From Octopus vulgaris (taxonomy: Eukaryota), in the NCBI GenBank assembly GCA_951406725.2, contig OX597817.1, forward strand, positions 47,616,001 to 47,680,000: a DNA stretch of 64,000 bases, read 5' to 3'. How positions within the stretch are numbered: the stretch's first letter is position 1; each line of letters begins with the position of its first letter. A program made the translations under genes and the position numbers. The notes under the pieces were generated by a model. It was not told the DNA's origin. It ran no database searches and saw only the letters and a list, made by a program, of their open reading frames with translations. This document shows, one piece after another, positions 27,601 through 40,090 of the stretch.

Positions 27601-28443
27601 TATATATATATATATATATAAGAGAAATGGAAAATGGAAACAAATGCATAAGATGTTATTCATATCATTTATATGACCGACATATGTTTCGATGGATACA
27701 TTAAAATCAATCTGGGAGGAAAAATAAGGTGGAATACTGTATCAATCTATAATTTCTTACATTTGTAAAAATGTCTTATTAATGAGCACTGTTATTCGTA
27801 ATCTCCTCCCTGATGATTGATACAATATTCCACCTTATTTTATCTCTGGGATTAATTTTAATGTATCCATCGAAACATATATGTCGGTGATATAAATGAT
27901 TTAAATAACATCTTGTGCGTTTGTCTCCATTTTCCATTTCTCTTATGTCCTCCAAAGCATGTCTCACTTCTCCTTGGAATATTACCCATGTTTGTGTGGT
28001 TACTAATAATATCTTAAAGTGTTTATGTGACATTTGGCTACCCTGGTAACTATTTCTTCAGATCTTTCCTTGAAAATTAAACATATATATATATATATTA
28101 GGTATGGTAGATGAGTTCAGCAAAAATTTAGATTCAGATGAATATGGTACTTAAGTTGAGACACCAGAATTTAGTACGTTATTATCCATACAATTTCAAA
28201 ACAAGGTGATTAAAATCAAAATAAACAACAAGGATATCCAGAGGTAATGCAGTATGATCGTTTCATGCAACTCCATTTAACAGAACAATGCAATCATCAC
28301 ATCAATTTATGCAGCTGAAGATTGCTCTAGATTTTAAATTTGAAGTCATTTATTTCAAGTGTTTGAATCTTACAGAGGAGCTGATAAGGAACTAGATGTC
28401 TGACAAAGTCTTGTGAGTGTATTTGGTAGACTGAAACTGAAAG

Positions 28444-28482
<39 letters not shown>

Positions 28483-29119
28483 CATATGCACATGTGTATA
28501 CATGTCTGTTTGTCCCTTCACCACTGCCTGACAACCAATGTTGGTGTATTTACATCCCCATAACTTAACAGTTCAGCCAAACAGGGATGTTTGGCCTCGT
28601 GACTGATTAGATTTTGGGATCGATCTGGTACCAGGCAAGGATTCTGGATTATTTTTACTGTTTTTTTACTTAATTTTTGAAAGCAATCAGGTTAATTTTT
28701 AGTATTCTCGTTTGTGAGAGCAGTTGAGTTTATTTCAGATATTCTCACTTGAAAAATCATCTCTGGCTAATCGTTGAGAGAACATTAGTGTTGCCTTGGC
28801 GGAGGTTTGTGCTCTCTGAGTGCTCTTGTTATAAATTGTATTAAAAAATTGTCAAAATATGTTGTGCATTGTAGAAGTGTAACCAATTTATGGCACATAA
28901 ATTTTAACAACAAAATGTTACATGGACCTCCTAGGGCAATGGTTTTCAACCAAGGTCCATATAATCTTTGTGGCCGGGGAGGGGGGCATAATGGCCCTAT
29001 ATTTTTGTAGAAATTTATGCACAATAAACAGCTTATACTTCTTCAGTACACCAAATATCTAAATTTTTTTAAGCAACTCCTAATAATATTTAATTCCAAA
29101 AATATAATGGAATTTTTTT

Positions 29120-29347
29120 TTAACCCTGTAGCATTTTAAACCGGCTATATCCGGCCAAAATATTCTCCCGTTTTATGTTCAAATTGGCTAGATCTGGCCT
29201 CTCACACCAGCCCTACTATATCATTCTAAAAATGAATAGTTACTTCATCAAAATCTCAAAGCTACAAGATAATGCAGGATTAATTTAAAACAATGTGAAT
29301 AAATAAGTATTACTTTTGACAGAATAACGTGAATACTAAAGGGTTAA
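29120..29347. mobile_element. Second piggyBac-type MITE family (TTAACCC.tagcatt...aatactaaaGGGTTAA)
   Basis: TTAA TSD and CCC/GGG termini; a related element starts at 15804. Confidence 0.65.
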
Positions 29348-31549
29348 ACATCAAATGCTATGGGGGTCCACCCAAGTAAAATAGGAATCAAAAGGATCCA
29401 TAGGTAAAAAATTGTTAAGAATTACCACCCTGGGGTCATATGAACCCTGGCTTAGAACCACAGCTCTTCAACAAGTCTGGCTTCAATAAAAGGAAATATA
29501 TTTAGTATATGAAGTAACAAGCCAAAATCGTAAAGTACATTTATTTGATGATCAGGTATATTCACTATTATGGTTGGCATTTGATAGCACTAAATTTGAA
29601 TCCACTTTGGAGATTCCATTAGACACATTAAGAAAAACAAACATCAATTTACAATGAGCACTTGTGAAACTCTGAAATCCACAAGGAGAAAATCCAGACA
29701 TGGATTAGATTAATTTTATTTCAGTTATAATGGAAGAAGAGGAAGAGAAAAGAGAAAGATTTGTCTTGTCTTGGCAGCTAGCTAATTTAGTGAACTGTCG
29801 TTTCAAGTCGAATCTTACTAGCAAAGTAACGAATGGTTTCCGCTTAAGAAATATGAAAGCCTTTAGAATCAAGCAGATATTTAAGAATAGATTTCTTCTG
29901 AAGATATAGACCAAAACTTTATATGCAGCTACTCTCAGATTAAAAGATACAAGAATGGAAAAAGATGAAAACAGCTATAGATAATAATATAGGATTATAT
30001 CTAGCCTTGCAGGAGACATTTGCATTAATTCTAATTACTTTGCATTGCTTTGAAGGATAGTCAAATAAATCGACCCCAGAAGTCATGTTAAGTCTGGTAC
30101 TTATTCTTTAGGTTTCTTTAACGAAACAGCTAAGTTCCAGGGACATAAACAAACCAACATGGCTGCCAAGCGGTGAGCAAGAGAGAAACAAACACAAACA
30201 ATACACACACCATTATCATCATCATCATTTAATGTCCTTTTCCATGCTGGCATGGGTTGGTCAGTTCAAGAGGAATTAGCAAGCCAAAGAGCTACATCAG
30301 GTTCCATTTGTCTATTTTGGCACAGTTTCTACAGATGGATATTTTTCCTAACACCAATCAGTTCACAGAGTGTACTGGGTTCTTTTCCCATGGCACCGGC
30401 AAGATGCTTTTTAAATGAAACCAGCACCAATAGGGTCACCAAATAGCTTGTAATCACATACACATGCACACACGTATATAAATATATTTGATAAGGTCCC
30501 ATATAGTTTCTTATTTCTTTATTGCCCACAAGGGGACAAACAAGGACCGACAAATGGATTAAGTCGATTAGACTGACCCTAGTGCGTAACTGGTATTTAA
30601 TTTATCGACCCTGAAAGGATGAAAGGCAAAGTCGACCTCCGCGGAATTTGAATTCAGAACATAACGGCAGACGAAATACCTATTTCTTTACTACCCACAA
30701 GGGGCTAAACACAGAGGGGACAAACAAGGACAGACAAAGGGATTAAGTCGATTACATCGACCCCAGTGCGTAACTGGTACTTAATTTATAGACCCCGAAA
30801 GGATGAAAAGCAAAGTTGACCTCGGCAGAATTTGAACTCAGAACATAGCAGACGAAATGCCGGTAAGCATTTCGCCAGCATGCTAACATTTCTGCCAGCT
30901 TGCCGCCTTAATTTTTTTTTTTCAGTTTGAGAAATATCCACAAAAAACTTTTGGTCCCGAAACATGATTAAGCTTCATTACATATATAGTTTCTATGTAC
31001 CAAATAGATATATTTGTCCCATATAGTTTCTATCTACCAAATTCACTCAAACAGCATTGATCAACCTCGGGCTGTAGTAGAATACTTACCCAAATGTGTT
31101 GAGCAGTGAAGCTGAACCTGAAACCACATGGCATAAAAACAGACTTCTTAACCTGAATGCCCTTCCTGTTGCCAACCATTACCTGTTTCAAAGCAAGATT
31201 GATATTTCCTCATGGCTTGACATGCTTTCACTTACAACACTCATGTGATACCAAGACCCAAAAACTGGGACTCCATCGATTATGATGACAAGTGTTTCAG
31301 TCGATCCAGTCATCAGAACAGCCTGCTCCTGAAATTAACATGCAAGTGGTTGAGCACTCCATGGACATGCATGCCCTTAATTCAATTCTCAGAGAAACTC
31401 AGTGTGACACAGAATGTGACAATGCTGGCCCCCACTGAATAACAGCTACAACTCTTTTTTGCCAGCAATCTGTGGGAGCAGGTATGTTAATTACATCAAC
31501 TCCAGTGTTCCACTGGAACTTATTTTGTTGACAATGTAAGGATGAAAAG

Positions 31550-31585
<36 letters not shown>

Positions 31586-31676
31586 ATCCAAACATGAACA
31601 AAGAGAAAACACAACAATGCAAGGACGTGGAATAAGTACAGTGTTATTGGACGCTCAGGAAAGGAAAGAAAGGAGG

Positions 31677-31711
31677 ATTTCACGTTTCGAGCAGAGTTCT
31701 TCGTCAGAAAC
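31677..31711 (-). ncRNA. Minimal hammerhead motif (family 2) in a (TA)n-flanked element at about 31581-31780
   Basis: GTTT-CTGACGA-A-GAAC-TCT-GCTC-GAAAC-GTG-AAAT. The GUG triplet is not a cleavable NUH. Confidence 0.55.
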
Positions 31712-31777
31712 ATAGAAAAAAAGGAAAAAGTCCAAAGAAGGGAAGATGGAGAAAGAAAATCACCAACGATACACACG

Positions 31778-31833
<56 letters not shown>

Positions 31834-32157
31834 CAGGGACATTTAAACTCAGGATACAAGGCCAGAAGAAATACCACTAAGCATCATGAAATAATGTGTC
31901 TTGCTCAAGGATACAACACATCACCAGGAATCAAACTCATGACCTTACAATTGTGAACTGACCACTTAACCACTAACCCACATGCCAAGACAAATAGACG
32001 CACACACACACACACTCTCAAACTGTTTCCATTGACCAAATATTCTTTTCTACTCTAGGTACAAGTTCAAAAATTTTGGGGGAGGGGGCCAGTCAATTAG
32101 ATAAACCCCAGTATGCAACTGGTACTTAATTTATTGACCCCCGAAAGGATGAAAGAC

Positions 32158-32365
32158 ATCCTTCAAAACTTCCATGTTTCCTGAATTTTACCAGCAGTAT
32201 ACCTGATGCACCCCACCCTTTTTTTTTTTTTTTGTGAAATGACTCATTCATTGTTCTCTACCTACCTGTGCATTATTCTATGAACTGTTCATGCATTTCT
32301 GACGACATTTTCTAATGAGTTGTAGAGCACCTGAGCACTGTATACAATAAGTTCGTTATTATTAT
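32158..32365 (+). mobile_element. CR1-type LINE 3' UTR fragment
   Basis: Ends atgagttgtagagcacctgagcactgtatacaat..(att)n, similar to the 3' end at 48845-48908. Confidence 0.6.
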
Positions 32366-33640
32366 CAATTTGTGAAGGTACATGGCTTAGTGGTTAAGGT
32401 GTTGCACTCGTGATTGTGAGATCGTGGGTTCTATTCCCAGACCGGGCTCTACAATCATTTCGACATCTGACATGTGGCACCTGTTGCACCTGAACAGGTA
32501 ATGTCAATCTGATGGCGGGAGTGAGCTTATGTCTACACAAACATTTGATCACTATAAACGAATCATCTGTGTGGTGGTTCGGTAGGAAATTGTCGAACCC
32601 TCATACGTCATCTAACGACAGGAGAGTCCATCATTATCAGTTCAATCTCCAACAAAGCACTACTTCCAAGTTGATTTTTTTTTTCACTGTCTTAGCACCA
32701 CTGATTCAGCTTTCTGCAGAAATCACAATTTGAAAATCCCATTGTGATCATCGACAACTTTTGCATTCTTAGCCCCTGGGACACGATGCTATCCATTACT
32801 GATCTCATCCACAGAAATAATTATCTCCTATCTTTTACTTGTTTCAATCGTCAGACTGTGGCCATGCTGGGATACCACCTTGAAGAGTTTTTAGCTGAAT
32901 GAATCAATCCAGTCCTTTTTTTTTTTTTTTGTAAGCTTGGTTCTTATTCTATTGGACCCTTTTACTGAACCACTAAGTAACAGGGATGTAAACAAACCAA
33001 CACCAGTTGCCAAGCAATGGTGGGGGACAAACACGGACACAAAAACACACACACACACACACACACATAGATATACATCAATGACGATATGTATGGCAGA
33101 CTTCCAATTTCCATCAACCAAATCCACTCACAAGGTTTTGGTCAACCCAAGGCCATAGCAGACAATTCTTGCTCAAGGTGCCATGCAGTGGGACTGAACC
33201 CAGAACTATATGGTCAGGAAGCAAACTTCTTACCAGACAGCCACTAGCCACGCCTAAACAAACTAATCAGTAATAGCACATAGACCTAACATTAACATAA
33301 TTAATGGTTAGATTTTCAATAACTTCACAAACAGCTTGATAACAGTTTGACATTTGCTTTCATTTTTCTCTGTTCAAATAAATTTTTTTTCTTTATTTAT
33401 ACACGCATGAATTGCTCAGAGCAAATGTTTTAATACTCGGATATCATTTCTATACAAACCATCCAAGCATAAATGCAAGAATGACATTTCTTTTTATCAG
33501 CTGGGTTAACCAAAGCATATAAGGTGATATTTGTAGCCTATGGACATAAAGAGGTATTGCACAAAATAAAAATTTTAAGATATAGGTTAGTAGTTTGATG
33601 TCAGCAAGAGTAGAAAGCTCTGTTGTTATTTATCATTTTA

Positions 33641-34032
33641 CTAGCAGTATCGCCCGGCGTTGCTTGGGTTTGTTTCGACCCATTAGAATTGAAATTTTTG
33701 AAAAGTAAAAATTTTGCATTATGTAGCTTGTTATTCTCTTTAAGTGAACATTTTTCTGGTTGAAATACACCGAAAAATGGCGACACAGCAGTCACAAAAT
33801 CGTAAAAAATAGGGATTTTCATAGAAAAACAGCACCTTTTTGATGTCAATAATTTTTTGTGTTAACATGGTTTGATTTGAATTTTTTCTTCTACGGAATG
33901 AAGAGCAAGCCTTCTTCTATCATACTCTCAATTTTGGTCAACTTGCACTGCAGGGTCTTGGAGGAGATAGTGTTAGTTGAAGGCTACCAAAACTGCCATA
34001 CACAGACAACTTCAGCTTTATATATAGAGAGA
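33641..34032 (-). mobile_element. Non-autonomous Helitron
   Basis: TC...CTAG termini on the minus strand with a subterminal hairpin; homologous to 61110-61498. Confidence 0.75.
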
Positions 34033-34238
34033 TTAACTTCTTTTTTCTTTTTTACTTCTTTCAGTCATTGGACTCTAGCCATGCAGGGCTCCACCCTGAA
34101 GGGTTTCATTGAACAAGTCAACCTGAGTACTTATTTTTTCAGTCTGGTACTTATTTTATTGATATCGTTTGCCAATGGTTATGTAAATAAGCCAGCACTG
34201 ATTATCAAGCAGTGGAGGGGCAGGGGACACAAGCACAT

Positions 34239-34708
34239 GACAGACCATATTCTGAAATGACAGATACAACCGCGACCAGGATTGAGGACTGAATTAACAC
34301 CGCATGGACTGACATTTGTAGATGGAGACAACTACATAGCAAATACAAGAACAACTTCATCACAAAGAACAGTAGATTATCCAGATTCTATCACCTCATT
34401 GAAACATACAAGGATAGCCACACAAACCAGATTAGACCCATCGTCTCCAGCGTGGAAGGACCTCTGTATAAAATATCCTGGCTACTTTCTCATATCCTGA
34501 AGCCCATACTCTCCACCTTTCCTGGACATGTCAAGAACTCCAACGAAGTCATCAAAAGACTGCACCAATTGCCCCCAGACTAACTCAGGCAAAATAGATA
34601 TGCGTTTAGTCTTGACGTCTCAAATATAGTTCATTGTTGTGCCATTCAAGACACATTATATTTTACAAACAAAGCACAATGCTTCAAGCAAACTACAGAA
34701 CTCTCCAT
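34239..34708 (+). mobile_element. Penelope-like element (PLE) reverse transcriptase remnant
   Basis: One frame with two stops: SRLSRFYHLIETYKD..IRPIVSSVEGPLYKISWLLSHILKPIL..HVKNSNEVIKRL..AFSLDVS..YFTNKAQCFKQTTELS. This matches PLE RT motifs (RFYxLxKxHK, RPIVS, SxDV, YxQ..GL). Confidence 0.85.
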
Positions 34709-35487
34709 ACACATATATACTTTTATGTATCTACCAGCATCCAAAACTGAATATGAAACTTACAGGGTGTACTGGTCCACAGGGAATTACAATCCCCAGA
34801 GCCTAAATCAGTGTGTGTATCATCATCATCATTTAACACCTATTTTCCATGGTGGCATGGGTTGATATGGTAATATCTTTTATCTTTTACTTGTTTCGGT
34901 CATTAGACTGCAGTCATTCTGGGGCAACATCTTGAAGTCAAATTTATCAACCCCAGTATTTATTTTTTTTTGTTTTTTTTTTTAATCCTGCCATTTATCC
35001 CATCAGTCTCGTTTGCCAAACTGCTAAGTTATGGGGACATAAACACACCAGCACTGGTTGTAAAGCAGGTGGGGGTACAAAGACAGATACACAAGCTTCC
35101 TTTACTTTCCACTTACCAAATCCATAAGGCTTTGGTCAGGCTAGGGTTATAATAGGAGGCGCTTATGCAAGGTGCCATGCAGTGGGACTGAACCCAGAAC
35201 CAAGTGATTGGGAAGCAAGCTTCTTAACCACACAGCTATGCCTGTTTGCTGTTTATTCATTTAACATTTTTTTTTATACTGTTACTGTTTCCTTGTGAGC
35301 GTCAGTATCATGTAAGCTGTATCCTTCATTTCCAATCTACCATGAAAACATGTCTGGTCTTAGGGAAATATTACCTTATCTGCAAACAGGTGAGCGTTGG
35401 TGATAGGAAGAGCATCCAGCTATAGAAAATCTGCCGCATCAAGTCTCTCCTCGTAAGGAAGGAAAACTGGGTGCTAAAACGATGATT

Positions 35488-35962
35488 CAGTACTCCCTCA
35501 CCATATCGTGGTTCACCTATTGCGCACTCAGTACATTGCAGTTTTTTCTGCCTAATATATGTAAATTTATATCACGGTCTCTTCACTACATCGCGTGTTT
35601 CTGTGGCTGCTAGGTATTTATATATATATTTTTTTTTATGTTTTAATTATTTCTGTGGTAAAATAAAAGTTTTCACGCATAAAAATTAATAAATTGATAA
35701 ATATAAAATAGAGTTCAGTACGGCACTGTATAACACATTAATTAAACTATATTAAAAGAAAATACGTAATGTACTGTAGATGAGTAAACAAAGAATTGCA
35801 CATACTGTATGGAAAACAAAACTTGGGAGGTGAATGTGTGGTGATGTTTTCCATTTATAATAAAATAAATATATACAGAATAGTACTGTTTCTACTTCAC
35901 GGATTTTCAACTATCGTGGGAGATTTTGGAACGTAACACCCACGATAATTGAGGGATTACTG
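35488..35962. mobile_element. pogo/Tigger-like non-autonomous DNA transposon
   Basis: Imperfect TIRs CAGTACTCCCTCACCATATCGTG...CACGATAATTGAGGGATTACTG followed by TA. Confidence 0.65.
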
Positions 35963-37931
35963 TACAAGACATGATAATACCTAGGGTTTTAATTTCCTGT
36001 TAAACATACTAACGATCTTTTGGTGATTAGATTAGAACTTAGAAGTCCTTGTCTTATTTTTTAACTTATCTATATAATAAATAAACCAAAGGCACTAATC
36101 TGCAAAATATTTGCTCTAATTACACTTGCCCTAGTAATCAAATGGTAGCAGAGCAAAGTTTACCTCTGTCTTTTGAAGAGCCCGTACCAACCAATACAAT
36201 CTGTGCCAGTATTATGTGCATTTGAAGCTGTGCCAAGCATGGTCCAGCAGACCTAGCTAACCCATGCCAATATGTAAAAACAAAAAAAAATAGACGCCGA
36301 AATAGAGGTGTGGTGGTGAAACATGATGATGGCGATGATTACAGCGACAATGAATTTAATTCTATATAAAGCTTGCACAGAGTATTGAATAGACATTGCC
36401 AAAAGGAGAAAACATTGCAAGAATAGCGCTAATTTCATGTTTTCAGGCAATTTTCTTTGACATTTTTAAAAATATTTTTTTCATGGTTTACAACATATAC
36501 AAATAATTTTGCTTTTTATCTCCTGATACTTTCATCATCACCACCATCAACATTAAAACACATTTCAATGTTCATTTTCTCTCTCTCTCTCTCACTCCTG
36601 GTCACACCATTCCTATTCAAAAGGATTTGATCACAACACTATCAGCCATAAAGCCACAATAATTACCAATCAATTCAGCACACCAGCATAAAGTCAGTGA
36701 TTTTATCCCCCCCCCCCATATTTTGGGCTTACGTATTCTACTGCCAGGTAAGAAGGAAAAGAGAGAGAGAAAATTTGAGTGACTTGCCCAAGGTACAGCA
36801 CAACACCAGCAATAGAACTGAGGCTTATGAATCTAACACCTTCATTCTTATTTCTTTATTGCTCACAAGGGGCTAAACATAAAGGGAACAAACAAGGACA
36901 GACAAAGGGATTAAGTCAATTACATCGACCCCTGTGCGTAACTGGTACTTAATTTATCGACCCCGAAAGGATGAAAGGCAAAGTCGACCTCAGTGGAATT
37001 TGAACTCAGAACGTAACGGCAGATGAAATACCGCTAAGTATTTCGCCCGACATGCTAACGATTCTTATTTCTTTATTGCATAACAATTCCATAAAGTGGT
37101 GACAACAGGAGTGGAAACAAGTTGATTTGGTCACAAACACCTAGTTGAAGGATTTTCTGTTTACTCCAGAATATATCCACAAGAAAGCTTGAACACAACA
37201 CAACAAGCTGACAATTCATTTTGTTTACTGTTTATACAGTTCCTTCTGTGTCCCTTACTGTATATTGAACACTGCAAATGTTTGTTATTGGTATCCCTGT
37301 TTTGTTTTTCTTTTTTTTACTATAGCTGTAACCTACACCAGTGTCACATAACCAGCCATCTCAAAAAGTAACCTTGGATCGTAGGGCGACATGCCATGCT
37401 TGAGGGGACCAGTTGAGTCAAGTACATCAACTTCAAAATGAAATCAAAATCACAATCAAATGGAAATTGTAGTTGTGGTCCCCGTGCTGGTGGCATGTAA
37501 AAAACACCATCTTGAATGTGGTCAATGCCAGTCCCCTTGCCCCGACTGGTTTCTGTGCCAGTGGCACATAAAAAAGCACCATTCAAATGTGGCTGATGCC
37601 AGCACCACCTTGACTGGCTCCCATACTGGTGACACGTAAAAAGCACCATGCAATCCTGGTCGATGCTAGCTCCCTCTGGCCCTCGTGCCGGTGGCACGTA
37701 AAAAGCACCCACTACACTTTCAGAGTGGTTGGCATTAGGAAGGGTATCCAACTGTAGAAACATCGCCAGATCAGACTGGTGCCTGGTGCAGCCTCCTGGC
37801 TTCCCAGACCCCAGTTGAACTGTCCAACCCATGCCAGCATGGAAAACGGACGTTAAAAGATGATGATAACTAAAATTTCCAACTTTGCAAAACAAACTTT
37901 AAAGGACAGTTCTATATGTAACCACTATGTC

Positions 37932-38162
37932 ATATGGCATAGTGGTTAAGAGCGCAGGCTACTAACCCCAAGATTCCGAGTTTGATTCCAGGCAGTGACC
38001 ATAATAATAATAATAATAATAATATTGAAAAATACCTTAGGAATGAGAACCCAGGTTCAAAATTTCCCCAAGACACTTGATGAAGGCTGGAGGTTATATC
38101 AGCCGAAACGTTGTGTTAACAACAAACAAGATGAGGTCAAATATCCGTCAAATGTAAATAAT
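37932..38162 (+). mobile_element. tRNA-headed short element with 3' minimal hammerhead ribozyme motif (family 1)
   Basis: A-box TGGCATAGTGG at 37935 and B-box-like GAGTTTGATTCC, then (AAT)n, then GACAC-TTGATGA-A-GGCTG..CAGCC-GAAAC-GTT-GTGTT at 38072-38117. Confidence 0.7.
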
Positions 38163-39784
38163 ATAAATAAACTTTAAAGAAATTCAACTTTACATTTTTA
38201 CATTTAGATTTCCTGTAACTCTTTGATTCAGCTGAGAAATTAAGTCATTAGTATAATCATCATCATTTAATGGCCATTGTCTATGCTGGTATGGGTTGGA
38301 CAGTTTGACTAGGGCTTGCAAACTGGGGAGCTACACCAGACACCAGTCAGACTTGGCATGGTTTCTATGGTTGGATGACCTTCCTAACGCCAACCACTTT
38401 AACAAAATGTGCTGGGTGCTTTTATGTGGTACCACACAGGTACTTTTACACAAGAATTTTGTCCTGTATCTGACATTAAGCTGCATCCGGAGATGAGACT
38501 CCAGTCCAGGAGTTTTGGAATTGTGCGGAGCATGCAATCACCCCTTAATTACCATTACCCCCAGGCCCATTCCAATCTGGGATGGTAGTATTTACCAAGG
38601 TCCTGTCTATGGTTTAAATCAGAGTTGGGGAAACTTTTTAGTGCAGTGGGCAAAAATTTCCAATGAGAAAGGTCCACAGGCAGACCACAAGTTCTAACTC
38701 TTTTACTTGTTTCAGTCATTTGACTGTGGCCATGCTGGAGCACTGCCTTTAATTGAGCAAATCGACGCCAGGACATATTCTTTGTAAGCCTAGTACTTAT
38801 TTTATCAGTCTCTTTTTGCCGAACCGCTAAGTTACAGGGACATAAACACACTAGCATTGGTTGTTGACCAATGGTGGTGGGCAACAAACACAGACACAAA
38901 CATATACACACATATACATATATACAATGGGCTTCTTTCAGTTTCTGTCTACCAAATCCACTCAAAAGGCTTTGGTCGACCCGAAGCTATAGAAGACACT
39001 TGCCCAAGGTACCACGCAGTGGAACTGAACCCGGAATCATGTGGTTGGTAAGCTAGCTACTTACCACACAGCCACAATTCAATATACATTAATAAAGATA
39101 AGTTTAATGCATTAAATGAACGTGTAACATCTTCATTAACGCCGCCACTGAATTTAGGACGTTTATATTACTTACGAGGTATTCTATATTTTTCAGCTAG
39201 AGTGTAGTTGGGTCTCAAGGTGGTGGGTACTAAGATAGCAATATGTGTTTTATAGTGAAAACAAAATTTCCATTCAAATGGCAATTACTGGACGATTTCT
39301 GTTTGAATCTAACCGTTTTAAGTCATATTGACTTAAAACAGTCAGACTCGAGTGGAAACACGACCTGTGTTGCAAATAGGCATATAAGTATTGTATAAAT
39401 TTTACAATTGAAAAATTTATTATATTTTGTACATACGAGTATATCAGCCTGCAAGCGCAATAGAATGGGGTTTTCCCACCCTTGGTTTAAATAGATTCTT
39501 CTGAGTGTAGATTGAGCTCTGTAGCTACAGTAGTCAATCTAGAAGGAGAACTCCAAAATTAATATTCTCTTCCATGCCCTTAGCCAGTACGGAAGAGTAT
39601 GGCTGATAAAACTAACATGTGGTAGGTCCAATAACACAGATTCATACTACGGCAGCAACTATTTTGTATTAGTGCACATTCTGTCACAGGAAATGAATAC
39701 AAGAGAATTAAACCATCAACATACAGGAGAATTAAAGCATCAATATACAGGAGCACCCATGGACAAACAATTTGAAACTCCTAT

Positions 39785-40090
39785 GTTATGGCTTACAGAA
39801 CTATCATGAACAAAACAGGGTTGAGAACTGAGCCTTGGCGGACACCTATCTATATGCTGAATTCCTCATTGAGTGCACTGCTGAGGCTCACTGATAACAA
39901 CTCTGTATGTCTTGAAGCTCTTGCAACCTATCCCTCCATCCTCAATTAATAAATACTACTAAATTTTACAGTAGTTACCCACACCAAGAAGGCATCTGTG
40001 GTCCCAGGTCCTGGAACAAACCCAGACTACATTTCATTTAAGTTAGTTCTGTACCTAATTAGCACTGCTGTAATTCATTCTGACATGGTC
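39785..40090 (-). mobile_element. Degraded RTE-type RT fragment
   Basis: Minus strand yields GFVPGPGTTDAFLV and GVRQGSVLNPVLFMIV, which are non-LTR RT motifs. Confidence 0.6.

Noticed and set aside
29729-29909. Short plus-strand ORF MEEEEEKRERF... after an acceptor-like ttttatttcag
   Set aside because: About 59 aa, with no recognisable homology and no partner exons.
37932-37995. Possible tRNA gene (ACT loop)
   Set aside because: No acceptor stem pairing, and the same head occurs in four decayed copies attached to the same body. It is a SINE head, not a tRNA.
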